NCBI RefSeq assembly: GCF_900635955.1
Contig: NZ_LR134201.1
Span: 403,426-435,425 of the forward strand
Source of the DNA: Cedecea lapagei
GTDB taxonomy: Bacteria > Pseudomonadota > Gammaproteobacteria > Enterobacterales > Enterobacteriaceae
Length of the DNA stretch: 32,000 nucleotides
Direction of reading: 5' to 3'
The position numbers and the translations under genes were made by a program. Positions 1 to 12,359 of the stretch are shown in pieces. Position 1 is the stretch's first letter, and each line of letters begins with the position of its first letter. The notes under the pieces are model-generated. The model saw only the letters and a list, made by a program, of their open reading frames with translations. It did not search any database and was not told the origin of the DNA.

Positions 1-975
1 TGGGCGTTTGCTCTGTTGTGGGCGCTGAACGCCTTTTTCCAGGGCTGGGGATCGCCGGTCTGCGCCAGGCTGCTGACGGCGTGGTATTCCCGCAGCGAAC
101 GGGGCGGCTGGTGGGCGGTATGGAACACGGCCCACAACGTTGGCGGCGCGTTAATCCCCATCGTTATGGGCGCAGCGGCGCTGCATTACGGCTGGCGCAT
201 TGGGATGATGATTGCCGGAGGTCTGGCGATCCTTGCCGGATTATTCCTCTGCTGGCGACTGCGCGATCGACCGCAAACCGTGGGCCTGCCGGCGGTGGGC
301 GACTGGCAGCATGACGAGCTGGAGATCGCCCAGCAGCAGGAAGGGGCAGGGCTGACGCGCAAAGAGATCCTCTACAAATACGTGCTGGTGAACCCTTATA
401 TCTGGCTGCTCTCCCTCTGCTACGTGCTGGTTTACGTGGTAAGGGCGGCGATCAACGACTGGGGCAATCTTTATATGTCGGAGACGCTCGGCGTCGGGCT
501 TGTTACCGCTAACTCGGCGGTGACGATGTTTGAGCTGGGCGGGTTTATTGGTGCGCTGGTTGCGGGCTGGGGATCTGACAAGCTGTTCAACGGCAACCGT
601 GGGCCGATGAACCTGATTTTCGCCGCCGGAATTTTGCTCTCCGTTGGCTCGCTGTGGCTAATGCCGTTCGCCAGCTACGTGATGCAGGCGGCGTGCTTCT
701 TCACCACCGGATTCTTCGTCTTTGGCCCGCAGATGCTGATTGGTATGGCGGCGGCGGAGTGTTCACACAAAGAGGCGGCAGGCGCGGCAACCGGCTTTGT
801 GGGGCTATTTGCCTACCTCGGTGCTTCGCTTTCCGGCTGGCCTCTGGCACGGGTAATCGACATCTGGCACTGGAGCGGTTTCTTCGCGGTGATTGCCATT
901 GCGGCCGGAATATCGGCTTTGCTGCTGCTGCCGTTTTTAAACGCCCAGGCCCCGCGCGAGGCTAACGAAGCGTGA
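1..975 (+). CDS. uhpC: MFS hexose-6-phosphate sensor protein UhpC, 5'-truncated by the window edge
   Basis: Frame 1 is open from base 1 to the stop at 973-975. The translation (WALNAFFQGWGSP...VWNTAHNVGGALIP...) is an organophosphate:Pi antiporter-type MFS protein. It lies directly upstream of uhpT, as in the uhpABCT locus. Confidence 0.88.
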   Translation, partial: WAFALLWALNAFFQGWGSPVCARLLTAWYSRSERGGWWAVWNTAHNVGGALIPIVMGAAALHYGWRIGMMIAGGLAILAGLFLCWRLRDRPQTVGLPAVGDWQHDELEIAQQQEGAGLTRKEILYKYVLVNPYIWLLSLCYVLVYVVRAAINDWGNLYMSETLGVGLVTANSAVTMFELGGFIGALVAGWGSDKLFNGNRGPMNLIFAAGILLSVGSLWLMPFASYVMQAACFFTTGFFVFGPQMLIGMAAAECSHKEAAGAATGFVGLFAYLGASLSGWPLARVIDIWHWSGFFAVIAIAAGISALLLLPFLNAQAPREANEA

Positions 976-1014
976 TACTCCTCACCCTTTTGCCCGATAA
1001 AGGGCAAAACTAAG

Positions 1015-1090
1015 AAATTTTCCTGGTTTCTCCTGGATGCTATCTCAGGCGTCTTTGCTGGCTGATTTTTACAATGCGGCAAAAATCAGC
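1015..1090 (+). promoter_or_regulatory. Probable uhpT promoter region: direct TCCTGG repeats (UhpA-box-like) plus a TACAAT -10 flanked by a 10-bp inverted repeat
   Basis: ttcctggtttctcctgga is at about 1019-1036 and TACAAT is at 1070-1075. gctgattttt (1061-1070) and aaaaatcagc (1081-1090) form a perfect inverted repeat. The position matches the UhpA-dependent uhpT promoter as I recall it from E. coli. Confidence 0.4.
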
Positions 1091-1107
1091 TCAGGAGTAA
1101 CTCAGTC

Positions 1108-2499
1108 ATGCTGGCCTTCTTAAACCAGGTGCGTAAACCCACCCTGGATCTGCCGCTCGAAGTGCGGCGTAAAATGTGGTTCAAACCGTTTATGCAGTCG
1201 TACCTGGTGGTGTTTATTGGCTACCTGACGATGTACCTGATCCGCAAAAACTTCAACATCGCCCAGAACGACATGATCTCCACCTACGGGCTGAGCATGA
1301 CGCAGCTGGGGATGATCGGCCTCGGCTTCTCAATCACCTACGGCGTCGGTAAAACGCTGGTGTCGTATTACGCGGACGGCAAAAACACCAAGCAGTTCCT
1401 GCCGTTTATGCTGATCCTTTCCGCCATCTGTATGCTCGGCTTCAGCGCCAGCATGGGCTCGGGTTCGGTTAGCCTGTTCCTGATGATTGCCTTCTACGCC
1501 CTGAGCGGCTTCTTCCAAAGCACCGGCGGGTCGTGCAGCTACTCCACCATCACCAAATGGACGCCACGCCGCAAGCGCGGTAGCTATCTGGGTATGTGGA
1601 ACATCTCCCACAACCTCGGCGGCGCAGGCGCGGCAGGCGTTGCCCTGTTTGGCGCTAATTACCTGTTTAACGGCCACGTCATAGGGATGTTTATCTTCCC
1701 GTCCGTTATCGCGCTGATTGTCGGATTTATTGCCCTGCGCTACGGCAGCGACTCCCCTGAGTCCTACGGTCTCGGCACCGCCGAAGAGCTGTTTGGCGAA
1801 GAGGTCAGCGAAGAAGACAAAGAAGCCGAAGATAACTCGATGACAAAGTGGCAGATTTTTGTTGAGTACGTGCTGAAAAACAAAGTGATCTGGCTGCTGT
1901 GTTTCTCCAACATCTTCCTCTACGTGGTGCGTATCGGTATCGACCAGTGGTCTACCGTCTACGCGTTCCAGGAGCTGAAACTCTCCAAAGAGGTGGCGAT
2001 TCAGGGCTTCACGCTGTTTGAAGTTGGGGCGCTGGTTGGCACGCTGCTGTGGGGCTGGCTCTCTGACCTCGCCAACGGTCGTCGTGCGCTGGTGGCCTGC
2101 GTGGCGCTGGCATTAATCATCGCTACGCTGGGCGTCTATCAGCATGCGAGCAACCAGTATGTTTACCTGGCTTCTCTGTTCGCACTTGGCTTCCTGGTCT
2201 TCGGACCGCAGCTGCTGATTGGCGTGGCCGCCGTGGGCTTTGTGCCTAAGAAAGCTATCGGCGCAGCCGACGGCATCAAAGGTACCTTCGCCTACCTGAT
2301 CGGCGACAGCTTTGCCAAGCTGGGCCTGGGGATGATTGCCGACGGTACGCCAGTCTTTGGCCTGACCGGCTGGGCAGGGACTTTTGCCGCGCTGGATGCC
2401 GCCGCCATTGGCTGTATCGTGCTGATGGCCGTGGTTGCGGTCTTCGAAGAGCGCAAAATTCGCCGTGAGAAAAAGATCCAGCAGCTGAACATCGCCTGA
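1108..2499 (+). CDS. uhpT: Hexose-6-phosphate:phosphate antiporter UhpT
   Basis: The 463-aa ORF is near-collinear with E. coli UhpT as I recall it ([49 protein letters not shown]...[14 protein letters not shown]) and has the same length. Confidence 0.96.
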   Translation: MLAFLNQVRKPTLDLPLEVRRKMWFKPFMQSYLVVFIGYLTMYLIRKNFNIAQNDMISTYGLSMTQLGMIGLGFSITYGVGKTLVSYYADGKNTKQFLPFMLILSAICMLGFSASMGSGSVSLFLMIAFYALSGFFQSTGGSCSYSTITKWTPRRKRGSYLGMWNISHNLGGAGAAGVALFGANYLFNGHVIGMFIFPSVIALIVGFIALRYGSDSPESYGLGTAEELFGEEVSEEDKEAEDNSMTKWQIFVEYVLKNKVIWLLCFSNIFLYVVRIGIDQWSTVYAFQELKLSKEVAIQGFTLFEVGALVGTLLWGWLSDLANGRRALVACVALALIIATLGVYQHASNQYVYLASLFALGFLVFGPQLLIGVAAVGFVPKKAIGAADGIKGTFAYLIGDSFAKLGLGMIADGTPVFGLTGWAGTFAALDAAAIGCIVLMAVVAVFEERKIRREKKIQQLNIA

Positions 2500-2519
2500 T
2501 CGTCTTGTTGACTGCTTCC

Positions 2520-2546
2520 AGCCCGGCTTAACGCCGGGCTTTTTTA
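2520..2546 (+). terminator. Rho-independent terminator of uhpT
   Basis: Stem gcccggc (2521-2527) pairs with gccgggc (2533-2539) across loop ttaac, followed by a T6 run. Confidence 0.75.
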
Positions 2547-2586
2547 TGCCTGCGGTTAACGCCGGCATCAGACATTACTGAGAAAA

Positions 2587-3108
2587 ATGAATGCGCTATA
2601 CTCCACGGCGTTGATTGATAGCACATTGCCGATAAGCTACCGGGTATCTCACTTCATGATTTGGATTATGTTAGCCACGCTTTGCGTGGTGTTTATTGTA
2701 GGGTTTCGGGTACTCACCTCTGATTCACGCCGGGCAATTCGTCGGCTGAGTGAGCGGCTGGGGATCGATGTGGTGCCGGTTGAATCGATGATCGATCAGA
2801 TGGGGAAAGCGCAGGGCGACGCGTTTTTGCAGTATCTGCACCGTCCGGATGAGTCTCACCTGCAAAATGCCGCGCAGGTTATGCTTATCTGGCAAATGGT
2901 GATTGTAGACGGCAGCGATCAGAATTTACAGCAGTGGCATCGTCGGCTGCAGAAGGCACGGCTGGCAGCGCCGGTGACCGATACCCAGGCTCGCCTGGCG
3001 TTAGGGTTCCTGCGTGAAATGGAGCCGGACAAGTCAGAGATTCAGGCTTTTCAGATGCGCTATAACGGCTATTTTCAGCCGCAGGACGGCGTGCACTGGC
3101 TGCACTGA
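2587..3108 (+). CDS. yicN: DUF1198 / YicN-like small membrane-anchored protein (alternative start ATG 2656 gives 150 aa)
   Basis: From M24 onward (MIWIMLATLCVVFIVGFRVLTS...ESMIDQMGK...FQMRYNGYFQP..GVHWLH) the translation resembles E. coli YicN as I recall it. yicN lies near uhpT in E. coli. Confidence 0.6.
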   Translation: MNALYSTALIDSTLPISYRVSHFMIWIMLATLCVVFIVGFRVLTSDSRRAIRRLSERLGIDVVPVESMIDQMGKAQGDAFLQYLHRPDESHLQNAAQVMLIWQMVIVDGSDQNLQQWHRRLQKARLAAPVTDTQARLALGFLREMEPDKSEIQAFQMRYNGYFQPQDGVHWLH

Positions 3109-3128
3109 TCCCTGTTCTGGCACTGCGA

Positions 3129-3650
3129 TTACAGCGCTTTGATCATTCTGACTTCGCAATCCACATGGCCGGTGCAGCCGAGCGCCTCTGAAATATGCTC
3201 GAAGCCCAGGTGCTCGTACAGCGCGATGGCCTCTTTCAGAAACGCCGTGGTTTCAAGATAGCAGCGCTTAAAGCCCTGACTGCGTGCGTGCTCAAGCGCC
3301 TGCAGCGCCAGCTTCTTGGCTAAGCCTTTGCCGCGCACCACCGGCAGGAAATACATCTTCTGCAGCTCGCAAATATCCGGCTCGCTACACGATAACGGCG
3401 CAACGCCGCCGCCTCCCACCACTTCGCCGTCGATCTCCACCACCCAGTACGCATGGCCAGGCTGGCTGTAGAGCTGAAACAGCTCATCAAGGTTCGGGTC
3501 AGCGACGGTATAGCCTTTGTCGGCCGTCAGGCCGTATTCGGCCGAAACCTGGCGAATGACCCGGGCGATAGCCGAATTGTCTTCGGCAGTTATCCGGCGC
3601 AGCTGGAGCTTCACATCTACCGGAGCTGTGGTGTTCATCATGCGACTCAT
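3129..3650 (-). CDS. yjgM: GNAT-family N-acetyltransferase YjgM
   Basis: The 173-aa ORF has a GNAT core ([59 protein letters not shown]). It closely parallels E. coli YjgM and sits next to valS as in E. coli. Confidence 0.85.
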   Translation of the reverse strand: MSRMMNTTAPVDVKLQLRRITAEDNSAIARVIRQVSAEYGLTADKGYTVADPNLDELFQLYSQPGHAYWVVEIDGEVVGGGGVAPLSCSEPDICELQKMYFLPVVRGKGLAKKLALQALEHARSQGFKRCYLETTAFLKEAIALYEHLGFEHISEALGCTGHVDCEVRMIKAL

Positions 3651-3707
3651 ATGCTTAGGGAAGGATAAAGGGAGTTAATAGCACTTCATTACGGAGGGTG
3701 CAAGCCG

Positions 3708-3740
3708 CAAACAAAACGCCCTGCACCGAAGTGCAGGGCG
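3708..3740 (-). terminator. Rho-independent terminator downstream of valS
   Basis: Stem cgccctgcac (3717-3726) pairs with gtgcagggcg (3731-3740) across loop cgaa. On the minus strand it is followed by TTTTGTTT. Confidence 0.7.
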
Positions 3741-3759
3741 AATGATGCAGCGTGGCTGA

Positions 3760-6615
3760 TTACAGCGCGGCGATAACGGCCTGCTGTTCAATCAGCTTAG
3801 CTTTTGCGTCGGCAAAGCCTTCCAGGCGCTCGCGCTCTTTGGCGACAACGTCTGCCGGAGCACGGGCCACGAAGCCTTCGTTGGACAACTTGCCTTCGAT
3901 CTTGCCGATTTCGATTTCGATCTTAGCGACTTCTTTTGCCAGACGCTCAATCTCAGCGGCTTTATCAACCAGACCTGCCATCGGGATCAGCAGCTCTGCG
4001 CCATCGATAATCTTGGTCACGGAAACCGGACCTTTATCATCGACAGGCAGCAGGGTGATGCTTTCCAGGCGAGCCAGGTTCTGCAGGAAGGTGCGGTTTT
4101 CGGTAACGCGACGAATCGCCTCTTCGCTGCAGCCGCGCAGCAGCACGTCCAGACGCTTGCTCGGCGCAATGTTCATCTCGGCGCGAATGTTGCGCACCGC
4201 GGTGATCACATCCTTCAGCCACTCGGTGTCGGCGAAGGCTGCTTCATCAACCTGAGACGCATCGTAGGCCGGGAATGCCTGCAGCATAATGGTATCTGCG
4301 GTGATGCCCTTCAGCACTTTGACGCGCTGCCAGATGGTTTCGGTGATGAATGGAATGATCGGATGCGCAAGGCGCAGCAGGCCTTCCAGCACGTTCACCA
4401 GCGTGTTACGGGTGCCGCGCAGTTCCGCTTCCGTGCCGCCGTTCATCACTGGCTTGGTCAGCTCCAGATACCAGTCACAGAACTGGTTCCAGGTGAATTC
4501 GTACAGGATGTTGGCGGCGATGTCGAAGCGGTAGCTGTCCAGCGCTTCACGGTACGCTTTCACGGTGCGGTTGAACTCGGCCAGGATCCAGCGATCGGCC
4601 AGAGAGAGCACCTTTTCACCGCCGTTGAAGCCGCAATCCTGCTCTTCGGTGTTCATCAGCACGAAGCGGCTAGCGTTCCAGAGCTTGTTACAGAAGTTGC
4701 GGTAGCCTTCCAGGCGCTTCATATCCCAGTTGATGTCGCGGCCGGTAGAGGCCAGCGCCGCCAGGGTGAAGCGCAGGGCGTCGGTGCCGTGCGGCTCGAT
4801 GCCGTTCGGGAATTGTTTCTCGGTGCGCTTGCGGATCTTGTCTGCCAGCTGCGGCTGCATCATGTTGCCGGTGCGTTTCTCCAGAAGATCTTCCAGCGAG
4901 ATGCCGTCCACCATATCCAGCGGATCGATAACGTTGCCCTTGGACTTGGACATCTTCTGGCCTTCGTCGTCGCGAATAAGACCGGTCATATAGACGGTCT
5001 TAAACGGCACCTGCGGCTTGCCGTCTTCATCTTTGATGAAGTGCATGGTCAGCATGATCATGCGCGCAATCCAGAAGAAGATAATGTCGAAGCCGCTGAC
5101 CATTACGCTGGTCGGGTGGAAGGTGCGCAGCGCTTCGGTGTTCTCCGGCCAGCCCAGGGTGGAGAAGGTCCACAGGCCTGAGGAGAACCAGGTGTCCAGC
5201 ACGTCTTCGTCCTGGCTCAGCGCAACGTCGTCGCCCAGGTTGTTTTCGGCGCGAACTTCCGCTTCGTTACGGCCAACGTAGACGTTGCCTTCTGCATCGT
5301 ACCAGGCCGGGATACGGTGACCCCACCACAGCTGACGGGAGATACACCAGTCCTGAATATCGCGCATCCAGGAGAAGTACATGTTTTCGTACTGCTTAGG
5401 TACGAACTGGATATCGCCCTGCTCAACGGCCTCTACCGCGACTTTCGCCAGCGGCGCGGTACGCACGTACCACTGGTCGGTCAGCATTGGCTCGATAACC
5501 ACGCCGCCGCGGTCGCCGTAAGGAACGGTCAGATCGTGCGGTTTAATTTCGTCCAGCAGGCCCATTTCGTCGAACTTCGCGACCACGGCTTTACGCGCGG
5601 CAAAGCGTTCCAGATTCTGGAATTCTGCCGGGATATCGGAGGCGTAAACGGTGGACTCTTCGCCGTTGGTGTCGAACACTTCTGCCGCTTCGCGGATATC
5701 ACCGTCGAAGGTCAGAATGTTGATCATAGGAAGCGCGTGGCGACGGCCAACTTCGTAGTCGTTAAAGTCGTGCGCCGGGGTGATTTTCACGCAGCCGGTG
5801 CCTTTCTCCATGTCCGCGTGCTCGTCGCCCACGATTGGAATGCGGCGGTTAACCAGCGGCAGCAGCACAAATTTACCGATCAGATCTTTGTAACGCGGAT
5901 CTTCCGGGTTAACGGCCACGCCGGTATCACCGAGTACGGTTTCCGGGCGAGTGGTAGCGACGATCAGGTAATCTTTACCGTCGGCGGTTTTTGCGCCGTC
6001 GGCCAGCGGGTAGCGCAGATGCCACATGGAGCCTTTGGACTCGCGGTTTTCAACTTCGAGGTCGGAAATCGCGGTGCGCAGTTTCGGGTCCCAGTTTACC
6101 AGGCGCTTGCCGCGGTAAATCAGATCTTCTTTATAAAGGCGGACGAACACTTCTTTCACCGCGTTGGACAGGCCTTCGTCCATGGTGAAACGCTCGCGCT
6201 CCCAGTCTACGGAGTTACCGAGACGACGCATCTGACGGGTAATGGTGCCGCCGGACTCTGCCTTCCACTGCCAGATTTTGTCGATGAACGCGTCGCGGCC
6301 GTAATCGTGGCGGGTTTTTCCCTCTTCGGCGGCGATTTTACGTTCTACAACCATCTGGGTCGCGATACCGGCGTGGTCGGTGCCCGCCTGCCACAGGGTG
6401 TTTTTGCCCTGCATGCGCTGGTAACGGATCATGGTGTCCATGATGGTTTGCTGGAAGGCGTGACCCATATGCAAACTGCCGGTGACGTTCGGCGGCGGGA
6501 TCATGATGCAGAAGCTTTCCTGGCTGGTGTCGCCATTCGGTTTGAAGTAGCCCTGCTGTTCCCAGTGCTCGTAAAGCGGCTGTTCGATATCTTGCGGGTT
6601 ATATGTCTTTTCCAT
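3760..6615 (-). CDS. valS: Valine--tRNA ligase
   Basis: The 951-aa ORF carries the class I HIGH motif ([15 protein letters not shown]) and KMSKS ([10 protein letters not shown]), plus a C-terminal coiled coil. Length equals E. coli ValS. Confidence 0.98.
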   Translation of the reverse strand: MEKTYNPQDIEQPLYEHWEQQGYFKPNGDTSQESFCIMIPPPNVTGSLHMGHAFQQTIMDTMIRYQRMQGKNTLWQAGTDHAGIATQMVVERKIAAEEGKTRHDYGRDAFIDKIWQWKAESGGTITRQMRRLGNSVDWERERFTMDEGLSNAVKEVFVRLYKEDLIYRGKRLVNWDPKLRTAISDLEVENRESKGSMWHLRYPLADGAKTADGKDYLIVATTRPETVLGDTGVAVNPEDPRYKDLIGKFVLLPLVNRRIPIVGDEHADMEKGTGCVKITPAHDFNDYEVGRRHALPMINILTFDGDIREAAEVFDTNGEESTVYASDIPAEFQNLERFAARKAVVAKFDEMGLLDEIKPHDLTVPYGDRGGVVIEPMLTDQWYVRTAPLAKVAVEAVEQGDIQFVPKQYENMYFSWMRDIQDWCISRQLWWGHRIPAWYDAEGNVYVGRNEAEVRAENNLGDDVALSQDEDVLDTWFSSGLWTFSTLGWPENTEALRTFHPTSVMVSGFDIIFFWIARMIMLTMHFIKDEDGKPQVPFKTVYMTGLIRDDEGQKMSKSKGNVIDPLDMVDGISLEDLLEKRTGNMMQPQLADKIRKRTEKQFPNGIEPHGTDALRFTLAALASTGRDINWDMKRLEGYRNFCNKLWNASRFVLMNTEEQDCGFNGGEKVLSLADRWILAEFNRTVKAYREALDSYRFDIAANILYEFTWNQFCDWYLELTKPVMNGGTEAELRGTRNTLVNVLEGLLRLAHPIIPFITETIWQRVKVLKGITADTIMLQAFPAYDASQVDEAAFADTEWLKDVITAVRNIRAEMNIAPSKRLDVLLRGCSEEAIRRVTENRTFLQNLARLESITLLPVDDKGPVSVTKIIDGAELLIPMAGLVDKAAEIERLAKEVAKIEIEIGKIEGKLSNEGFVARAPADVVAKERERLEGFADAKAKLIEQQAVIAAL

Positions 6616-6621
6616 TGTCTG

Positions 6622-7080
6622 CTATGTCGTTCCCGGCGGGGTGTAGGTCGCCGTAGTCAAGTGGAAACCGGCAACGCGGTACGCTTTATAGCGCTCGCGG
6701 GCCAGTTGTTTCTGGGATTCTTCGTAAGGTACGAAGTCTACCACTTCCAGGAAAGCGGTGGCAAAATCTGCGAAGTGCGGCAGCAGGCTAATCAGCAGAT
6801 CGCGTGGGGCGCTGCCCCGGCGCTGAGGCCATGCCAGCTCAACCGGTGCGCCGTAGCGCGGGCCTTCGCCGGCCAGGTTATGCGGAACGAATGCCTGAGC
6901 GTCTCGCTGCCAGAGCGCTTCATCCAGGCGAACCGCCTGCTGCTCGTTCTCACAGGCTATCAGCACCCGCTTACCTGCACGGAATCCCTCCGCAGCCAGC
7001 TCGCACACCAGCTGTTCAACGGCGCTGAGCCCTTCGGCGTGCGTGTCGTTATCCAGCAGGTAAAACGTTGCGTTTTTCAT
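6622..7080 (-). CDS. holC: DNA polymerase III subunit chi
   Basis: The 152-aa ORF begins MKNATFYLLDNDT...LSAVEQLVCE...RERYKAYRVAGF, matching E. coli HolC. The pepA-holC-valS order is conserved. Confidence 0.94.
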   Translation of the reverse strand: MKNATFYLLDNDTHAEGLSAVEQLVCELAAEGFRAGKRVLIACENEQQAVRLDEALWQRDAQAFVPHNLAGEGPRYGAPVELAWPQRRGSAPRDLLISLLPHFADFATAFLEVVDFVPYEESQKQLARERYKAYRVAGFHLTTATYTPPGTT

Positions 7081-7111
7081 GAGACCAGCTTGTTAAGTTA
7101 AATGTTGTTGC

Positions 7112-7181
7112 CCCTCACCCTGACCCTCTCCCCAAAGGGGGGAGGGAACGAAACGGTTTTTTACGCCCGTCGGGGTGAGGG
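7112..7181. repeat. REP-like nested palindromic element (ccctcaccc / ccctctcccc ... ggggggaggg / ggggtgaggg)
   Basis: The inner hairpin is ccctctcccc-aaa-ggggggaggg. The outer arms are ccctcaccc (7112-7120) and ggggtgaggg (7172-7181). The same motif family recurs at 12375-12396 and 13725-14060. Confidence 0.65.
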
Positions 7182-7194
7182 TAAAGCTTTACGC

Positions 7195-8709
<1,515 letters not shown>

Positions 8710-8980
8710 CTACGCTCCTGAATCTTAAAGACAACGGCGGGGGCTACAGGCTAGAATTGCAAGCTTTCGTAACTCATCTCCGCTGTTGCGATGACTTCGT
8801 GTTAATCTTAACGAATGGATTTACGTTTTCTATTATGTCTGAACATCGCCCCGTAAAGCGAGTTCGCCGGGATATCTAATCTTAGCGATGTTTTCGACGA
8901 TTAAAGAGAATAAATGACGTATAAGCGATGAAACAAGCGATTTTCCTGCAAAAAGACTCGTTTCCACAGGCGTATTTAAT

Positions 8981-10081
8981 GTGATTATCATAAGATATCT
9001 GGTTCGGGAGACGCTGAAAAGCCAGCTGGCGATCCTGTTTATCCTGCTGCTGATTTTTTTTGCTCAGAAGCTGGTCAGGATCCTCGGTGCTGCCGCCGAC
9101 GGCGAAATCCCAACAAATCTGGTGCTTTCCCTGCTGGGTTTAGGCGTGCCTGAAATGGCGCAGCTAATCCTCCCCTTGAGCCTTTTCCTCGGCTTGCTGA
9201 TGACGCTTGGGCGTTTGTACACCGAGAGTGAAATCACGGTAATGCATGCCTGCGGTCTGAGTAAAGCGGTACTGGTGAAAGCCGCGATGGTACTCGCACT
9301 CTTCACCGGTATTGTGGCGACCGTAAACGTGATGTGGCTGAGCCCCTGGTCCTCCCGCCATCAGGATGAAGTGCTGGCCGAAGCCAGGGCTAACCCCGGC
9401 ATGGCCGCGCTGGCACAGGGCCAGTTCCAGATAGCCACGGACGGCAACGCCGTGCTGTTTATCGAAAGCGTTCAGGGCAAGGAGTTCAAAGACGTCTTCC
9501 TTGCTCAGGTGCGCCCGAGGGGCAGCACGCGTCCTTCCGTCGTGGTCGCGGACTCCGGCCAAATCTTCCAGCGTCCGGATGGCTCTCAGGTGGTGAAGTT
9601 AAACACCGGCAGCCGCTTTGAAGGCACCTCTACGCTGCGCGACTTCCGTATTACTGATTTTAAAGATTATCAGGCGGTGATCGGTCATCAGGCCGTGATG
9701 CTGGATCCGTCCGACACCAGCCAGATGGGCATGCGTGACCTTTGGAAAAGCCACGATCCCGCGGCGCGTGCAGAGCTGCACTGGCGCCTGACGCTGATTA
9801 TGTCGGTGATCGTTATGGCCCTGATGGTTGTGCCGCTGAGCGTGGTGAACCCGCGTCAGGGGCGCGTGCTGTCGATGCTTCCGGCGATGCTGCTCTACCT
9901 GGTCTTCTTCCTGCTGCAAAGTTCTCTGCGCTCCAGCGGGGCGAAGGAGAAGCTGGATCCGATGATTTGGATGTGGGCGGTAAACCTGGCGTACCTGGCG
10001 CTGGCTGTCGTCCTGAACCTGTGGGATACGGTGCCGATGCGCAAACTGCGTGCCCGCTTTAGCAAGAAAGGAGCGGTTTAA
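8981..10081 (+). CDS. lptF: LPS export ABC transporter permease LptF (GTG start)
   Basis: The 366-aa ORF begins MIIIRYLVRETLKSQLAILFILLLIFF and is collinear with E. coli LptF. It is divergent from pepA. Confidence 0.96.
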   Translation: MIIIRYLVRETLKSQLAILFILLLIFFAQKLVRILGAAADGEIPTNLVLSLLGLGVPEMAQLILPLSLFLGLLMTLGRLYTESEITVMHACGLSKAVLVKAAMVLALFTGIVATVNVMWLSPWSSRHQDEVLAEARANPGMAALAQGQFQIATDGNAVLFIESVQGKEFKDVFLAQVRPRGSTRPSVVVADSGQIFQRPDGSQVVKLNTGSRFEGTSTLRDFRITDFKDYQAVIGHQAVMLDPSDTSQMGMRDLWKSHDPAARAELHWRLTLIMSVIVMALMVVPLSVVNPRQGRVLSMLPAMLLYLVFFLLQSSLRSSGAKEKLDPMIWMWAVNLAYLALAVVLNLWDTVPMRKLRARFSKKGAV

Positions 10082-11161
10082 ATGTTTGGTGTACTTGACC
10101 GTTACATCGGTAAAACCATCTTAAACACCATCATGATGACGCTGTTTATGCTGGTGTCGCTGTCGGGAATCATTAAGTTCGTTGACCAGTTGAAGAAAAC
10201 GGGTCAGGGCGCCTATTCCGCAGCGGGGGCGGGGATGTATACCCTGCTCAGCGTTCCGAAAGATATTCAGATCTTCTTCCCGATGGCCGCGCTGTTAGGC
10301 GCGCTGCTGGGGCTGGGGATGCTGGCGCAGCGCAGCGAGCTGGTGGTTATGCAGGCTTCGGGCTATACCCGCATGCAGATCGCCTCCTCGGTGATGAAAA
10401 CGGCGATCCCGCTGGTGCTGCTGACCATGGCCATTGGCGAGTGGGTCGCCCCTCAGGGCGAGCAGATGGCGCGTAACTACCGCGCGCAGATGCTGCTGGG
10501 CGGTTCGCTGCTCTCCACGACTAACGCCATTTGGGCGAAAGACGGCCACGACTTCGTCTATATCGACCACGTGAACAGCGACTCTGAAATTGCTGGCATC
10601 ATGATTTATCACTTCAACGGTGAGCGTCGTTTGCTCTCAGTGCGCAACGCTGCCTCCGCGAAGTATGACGCCGGGCATAAAGTGTGGCGCCTGTCTCAGG
10701 TTGATGAGTCAGACCTTACCGATCCTAAGCAGATTACCGGCTCGCAGACCGTGACGGGGGAATGGAAGACTAATCTGACGCCGGATAAGCTCGGGGTGGT
10801 CGCGCTGGATCCAGAGTCACTTTCGATAACCGGCCTGCATGATTACACCAACTATCTGAAGTCGAGCGGCCAGGATGCCCGCAAGTATCAGCTGAATATG
10901 TGGAGTAAGATCTTCTCCCCGGTCTCGGTGGCGGTGATGATGCTGATGGCGCTGTCGTTCATCTTTGGCCCGCTGCGCAGCGTGCCGATGGGCGTGAGGG
11001 TCGTTACGGGGATCAGTTTCGGCTTTATCTTCTACGTGCTGGACCAGGTCTTCGGCCCGCTCACGCTGGTTTACAACATTCCGCCCATCGTCGGCGCGCT
11101 GTTACCTAGCGTGAGCTTCCTGCTTATCAGCCTGTGGATGCTGACAAAAAGAGCGGGATAA
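10082..11161 (+). CDS. lptG: LPS export ABC transporter permease LptG
   Basis: The 359-aa ORF starts one base after the lptF stop. FGVLDRYIGKTI...MMTLFMLVSLSGIIKFVDQLKK matches E. coli LptG. Confidence 0.96.
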   Translation: MFGVLDRYIGKTILNTIMMTLFMLVSLSGIIKFVDQLKKTGQGAYSAAGAGMYTLLSVPKDIQIFFPMAALLGALLGLGMLAQRSELVVMQASGYTRMQIASSVMKTAIPLVLLTMAIGEWVAPQGEQMARNYRAQMLLGGSLLSTTNAIWAKDGHDFVYIDHVNSDSEIAGIMIYHFNGERRLLSVRNAASAKYDAGHKVWRLSQVDESDLTDPKQITGSQTVTGEWKTNLTPDKLGVVALDPESLSITGLHDYTNYLKSSGQDARKYQLNMWSKIFSPVSVAVMMLMALSFIFGPLRSVPMGVRVVTGISFGFIFYVLDQVFGPLTLVYNIPPIVGALLPSVSFLLISLWMLTKRAG

Positions 11162-11194
11162 GTTTACCTTAACCCTTATGTCTTGATCCTCCCC

Positions 11195-11399
11195 GCCAGT
11201 GCGGGGAAGATCCCCGACTGATCATCGGGAGGTTGCCGGTGAGCATCCCCTAGCCCTGGTGCCCCTGAGCCCGCGGGAGAGATTATGCCCCGGCAGCCTT
11301 TCTCCCTGTCGCCTCAAGACCGAACGGTATCCTGTGCCTCTGAGCACCCACACATAAGGATGGTCTGGCGATATTATTCATAAGGTTACGGAGAATCAT
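11195..11399 (+). ncRNA. Candidate bridge/seek RNA region in the non-coding left end of the IS110 element
   Basis: This is a structured, ORF-free 205-nt leader with hairpins such as ccccgc-cagt-gcgggg at 11191-11206. It contains short segments identical or complementary to the right junction: gggagagat 11275-11283, tctccct 11301-11307, acggtatc 11324-11331. IS110 elements are known to encode bridge RNAs in this position. Confidence 0.35.
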
Positions 11400-12359
11400 A
11401 TGACCCTCACTTCTGTCGGCGTTGATATTGCTAAGCTAAAATTTGATGTCGCTGTCCTGCTGCCTAATCAGAAATACAAAACTAAAAAGTTTGCTAACAC
11501 GCATGCGGGATGCCGTGAGTTTATTCACTGGCTGGCCCGTTTTGGAGACTGTCACGTCTGTATGGAGGCTACCGGCAGCTACAGCACGGAACTCGCCACG
11601 GCATTGTCCGATGGCGGCTATCGAGTCAGTCTGGAAAACCCTGCCCGTATTCATGCCTTCAGTCATACCGAACTGGCCCGAAATAAAACGGATAAAAGCG
11701 ATGCCGCACTGATAGCGCGGTATTGTGCCCTGTATCAGCCAGCACAATGGCATCCGGCCCCTCTCAGCCAGCGACAGCTGACCGCGCTGGTACGGCATCT
11801 TAAAAATCTTGAAGAGATGCGACAGATGGAAGAGAACAGGCTGGAGGCCGCAGATGAGGTCATAACCGGTTCGTTAAAAGAACACATCGCCACGCTGGAC
11901 GAACTGATAAAAGAAACAAAAAAGAAAATCAGACAGCATATCGACGATGACCCGGACCTGAGAAAAGACAAGGCGCTGCTGGAGAGTATCCCGGGTGTGG
12001 GAGATGTGCTGAGTACGAATCTTCTGGCCTTCGCGGGAAACCTGAGGCGATTTAGCAGCAGTAAGGCTCTGGTGGCTTATGCAGGCCTGAACCCACGACG
12101 TTGTGAATCCGGGATGTGGAAAGGAAAAAGCAGGTTGTCGAAAGTGGGGAGCCGTGAGCTGCGTAGCGTACTGTATATGCCTGCGGTGGTGGCGGGAAGG
12201 TGTAATGAAGTGGTGAAAGACCTGATGAGGCGGCTGGAGAGTAGAGGTAAGGCAGGAAAAGAGCGAGTATGTGCAGGAATGAGAAAGCTACTGCAGCTGG
12301 CTTATGGCGTGGTGAAATCAGGGCGTGAATTTGACGCCGAAATACCGCTTGCCGGATAG
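11400..12359 (+). CDS. IS110-family DEDD transposase
   Basis: The 319-aa ORF has an N-terminal RuvC-like DEDD region (VGVDIAKLKFDV, CMEATGSY, NKTDKSDAALIA). The C-terminal Tnp domain motifs are LESIPGVG, YAGLNPRRCESG and SKVGSRELRSVLYMPAVVA. It has a good SD (ggagaatcatATG). Confidence 0.92.
   Translation: MTLTSVGVDIAKLKFDVAVLLPNQKYKTKKFANTHAGCREFIHWLARFGDCHVCMEATGSYSTELATALSDGGYRVSLENPARIHAFSHTELARNKTDKSDAALIARYCALYQPAQWHPAPLSQRQLTALVRHLKNLEEMRQMEENRLEAADEVITGSLKEHIATLDELIKETKKKIRQHIDDDPDLRKDKALLESIPGVGDVLSTNLLAFAGNLRRFSSSKALVAYAGLNPRRCESGMWKGKSRLSKVGSRELRSVLYMPAVVAGRCNEVVKDLMRRLESRGKAGKERVCAGMRKLLQLAYGVVKSGREFDAEIPLAG

Noticed and set aside
988-1012. A hairpin ttttgccc-gataaa-gggcaaaa after uhpC as an intrinsic terminator
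   Set aside because: There is no T-run after the stem, and uhpT needs its own UhpA-dependent promoter immediately downstream. It may be a weak structure, but it cannot be supported as a terminator.
5317-7101. A 594-aa plus-strand ORF, and other long plus-strand ORFs at 3752-5281, lying across valS and holC
   Set aside because: They are entirely antisense to the confidently identified valS and holC. The R/G/V/A-rich translations carry no recognisable motifs. This is the typical open antisense frame of a GC-rich gene.
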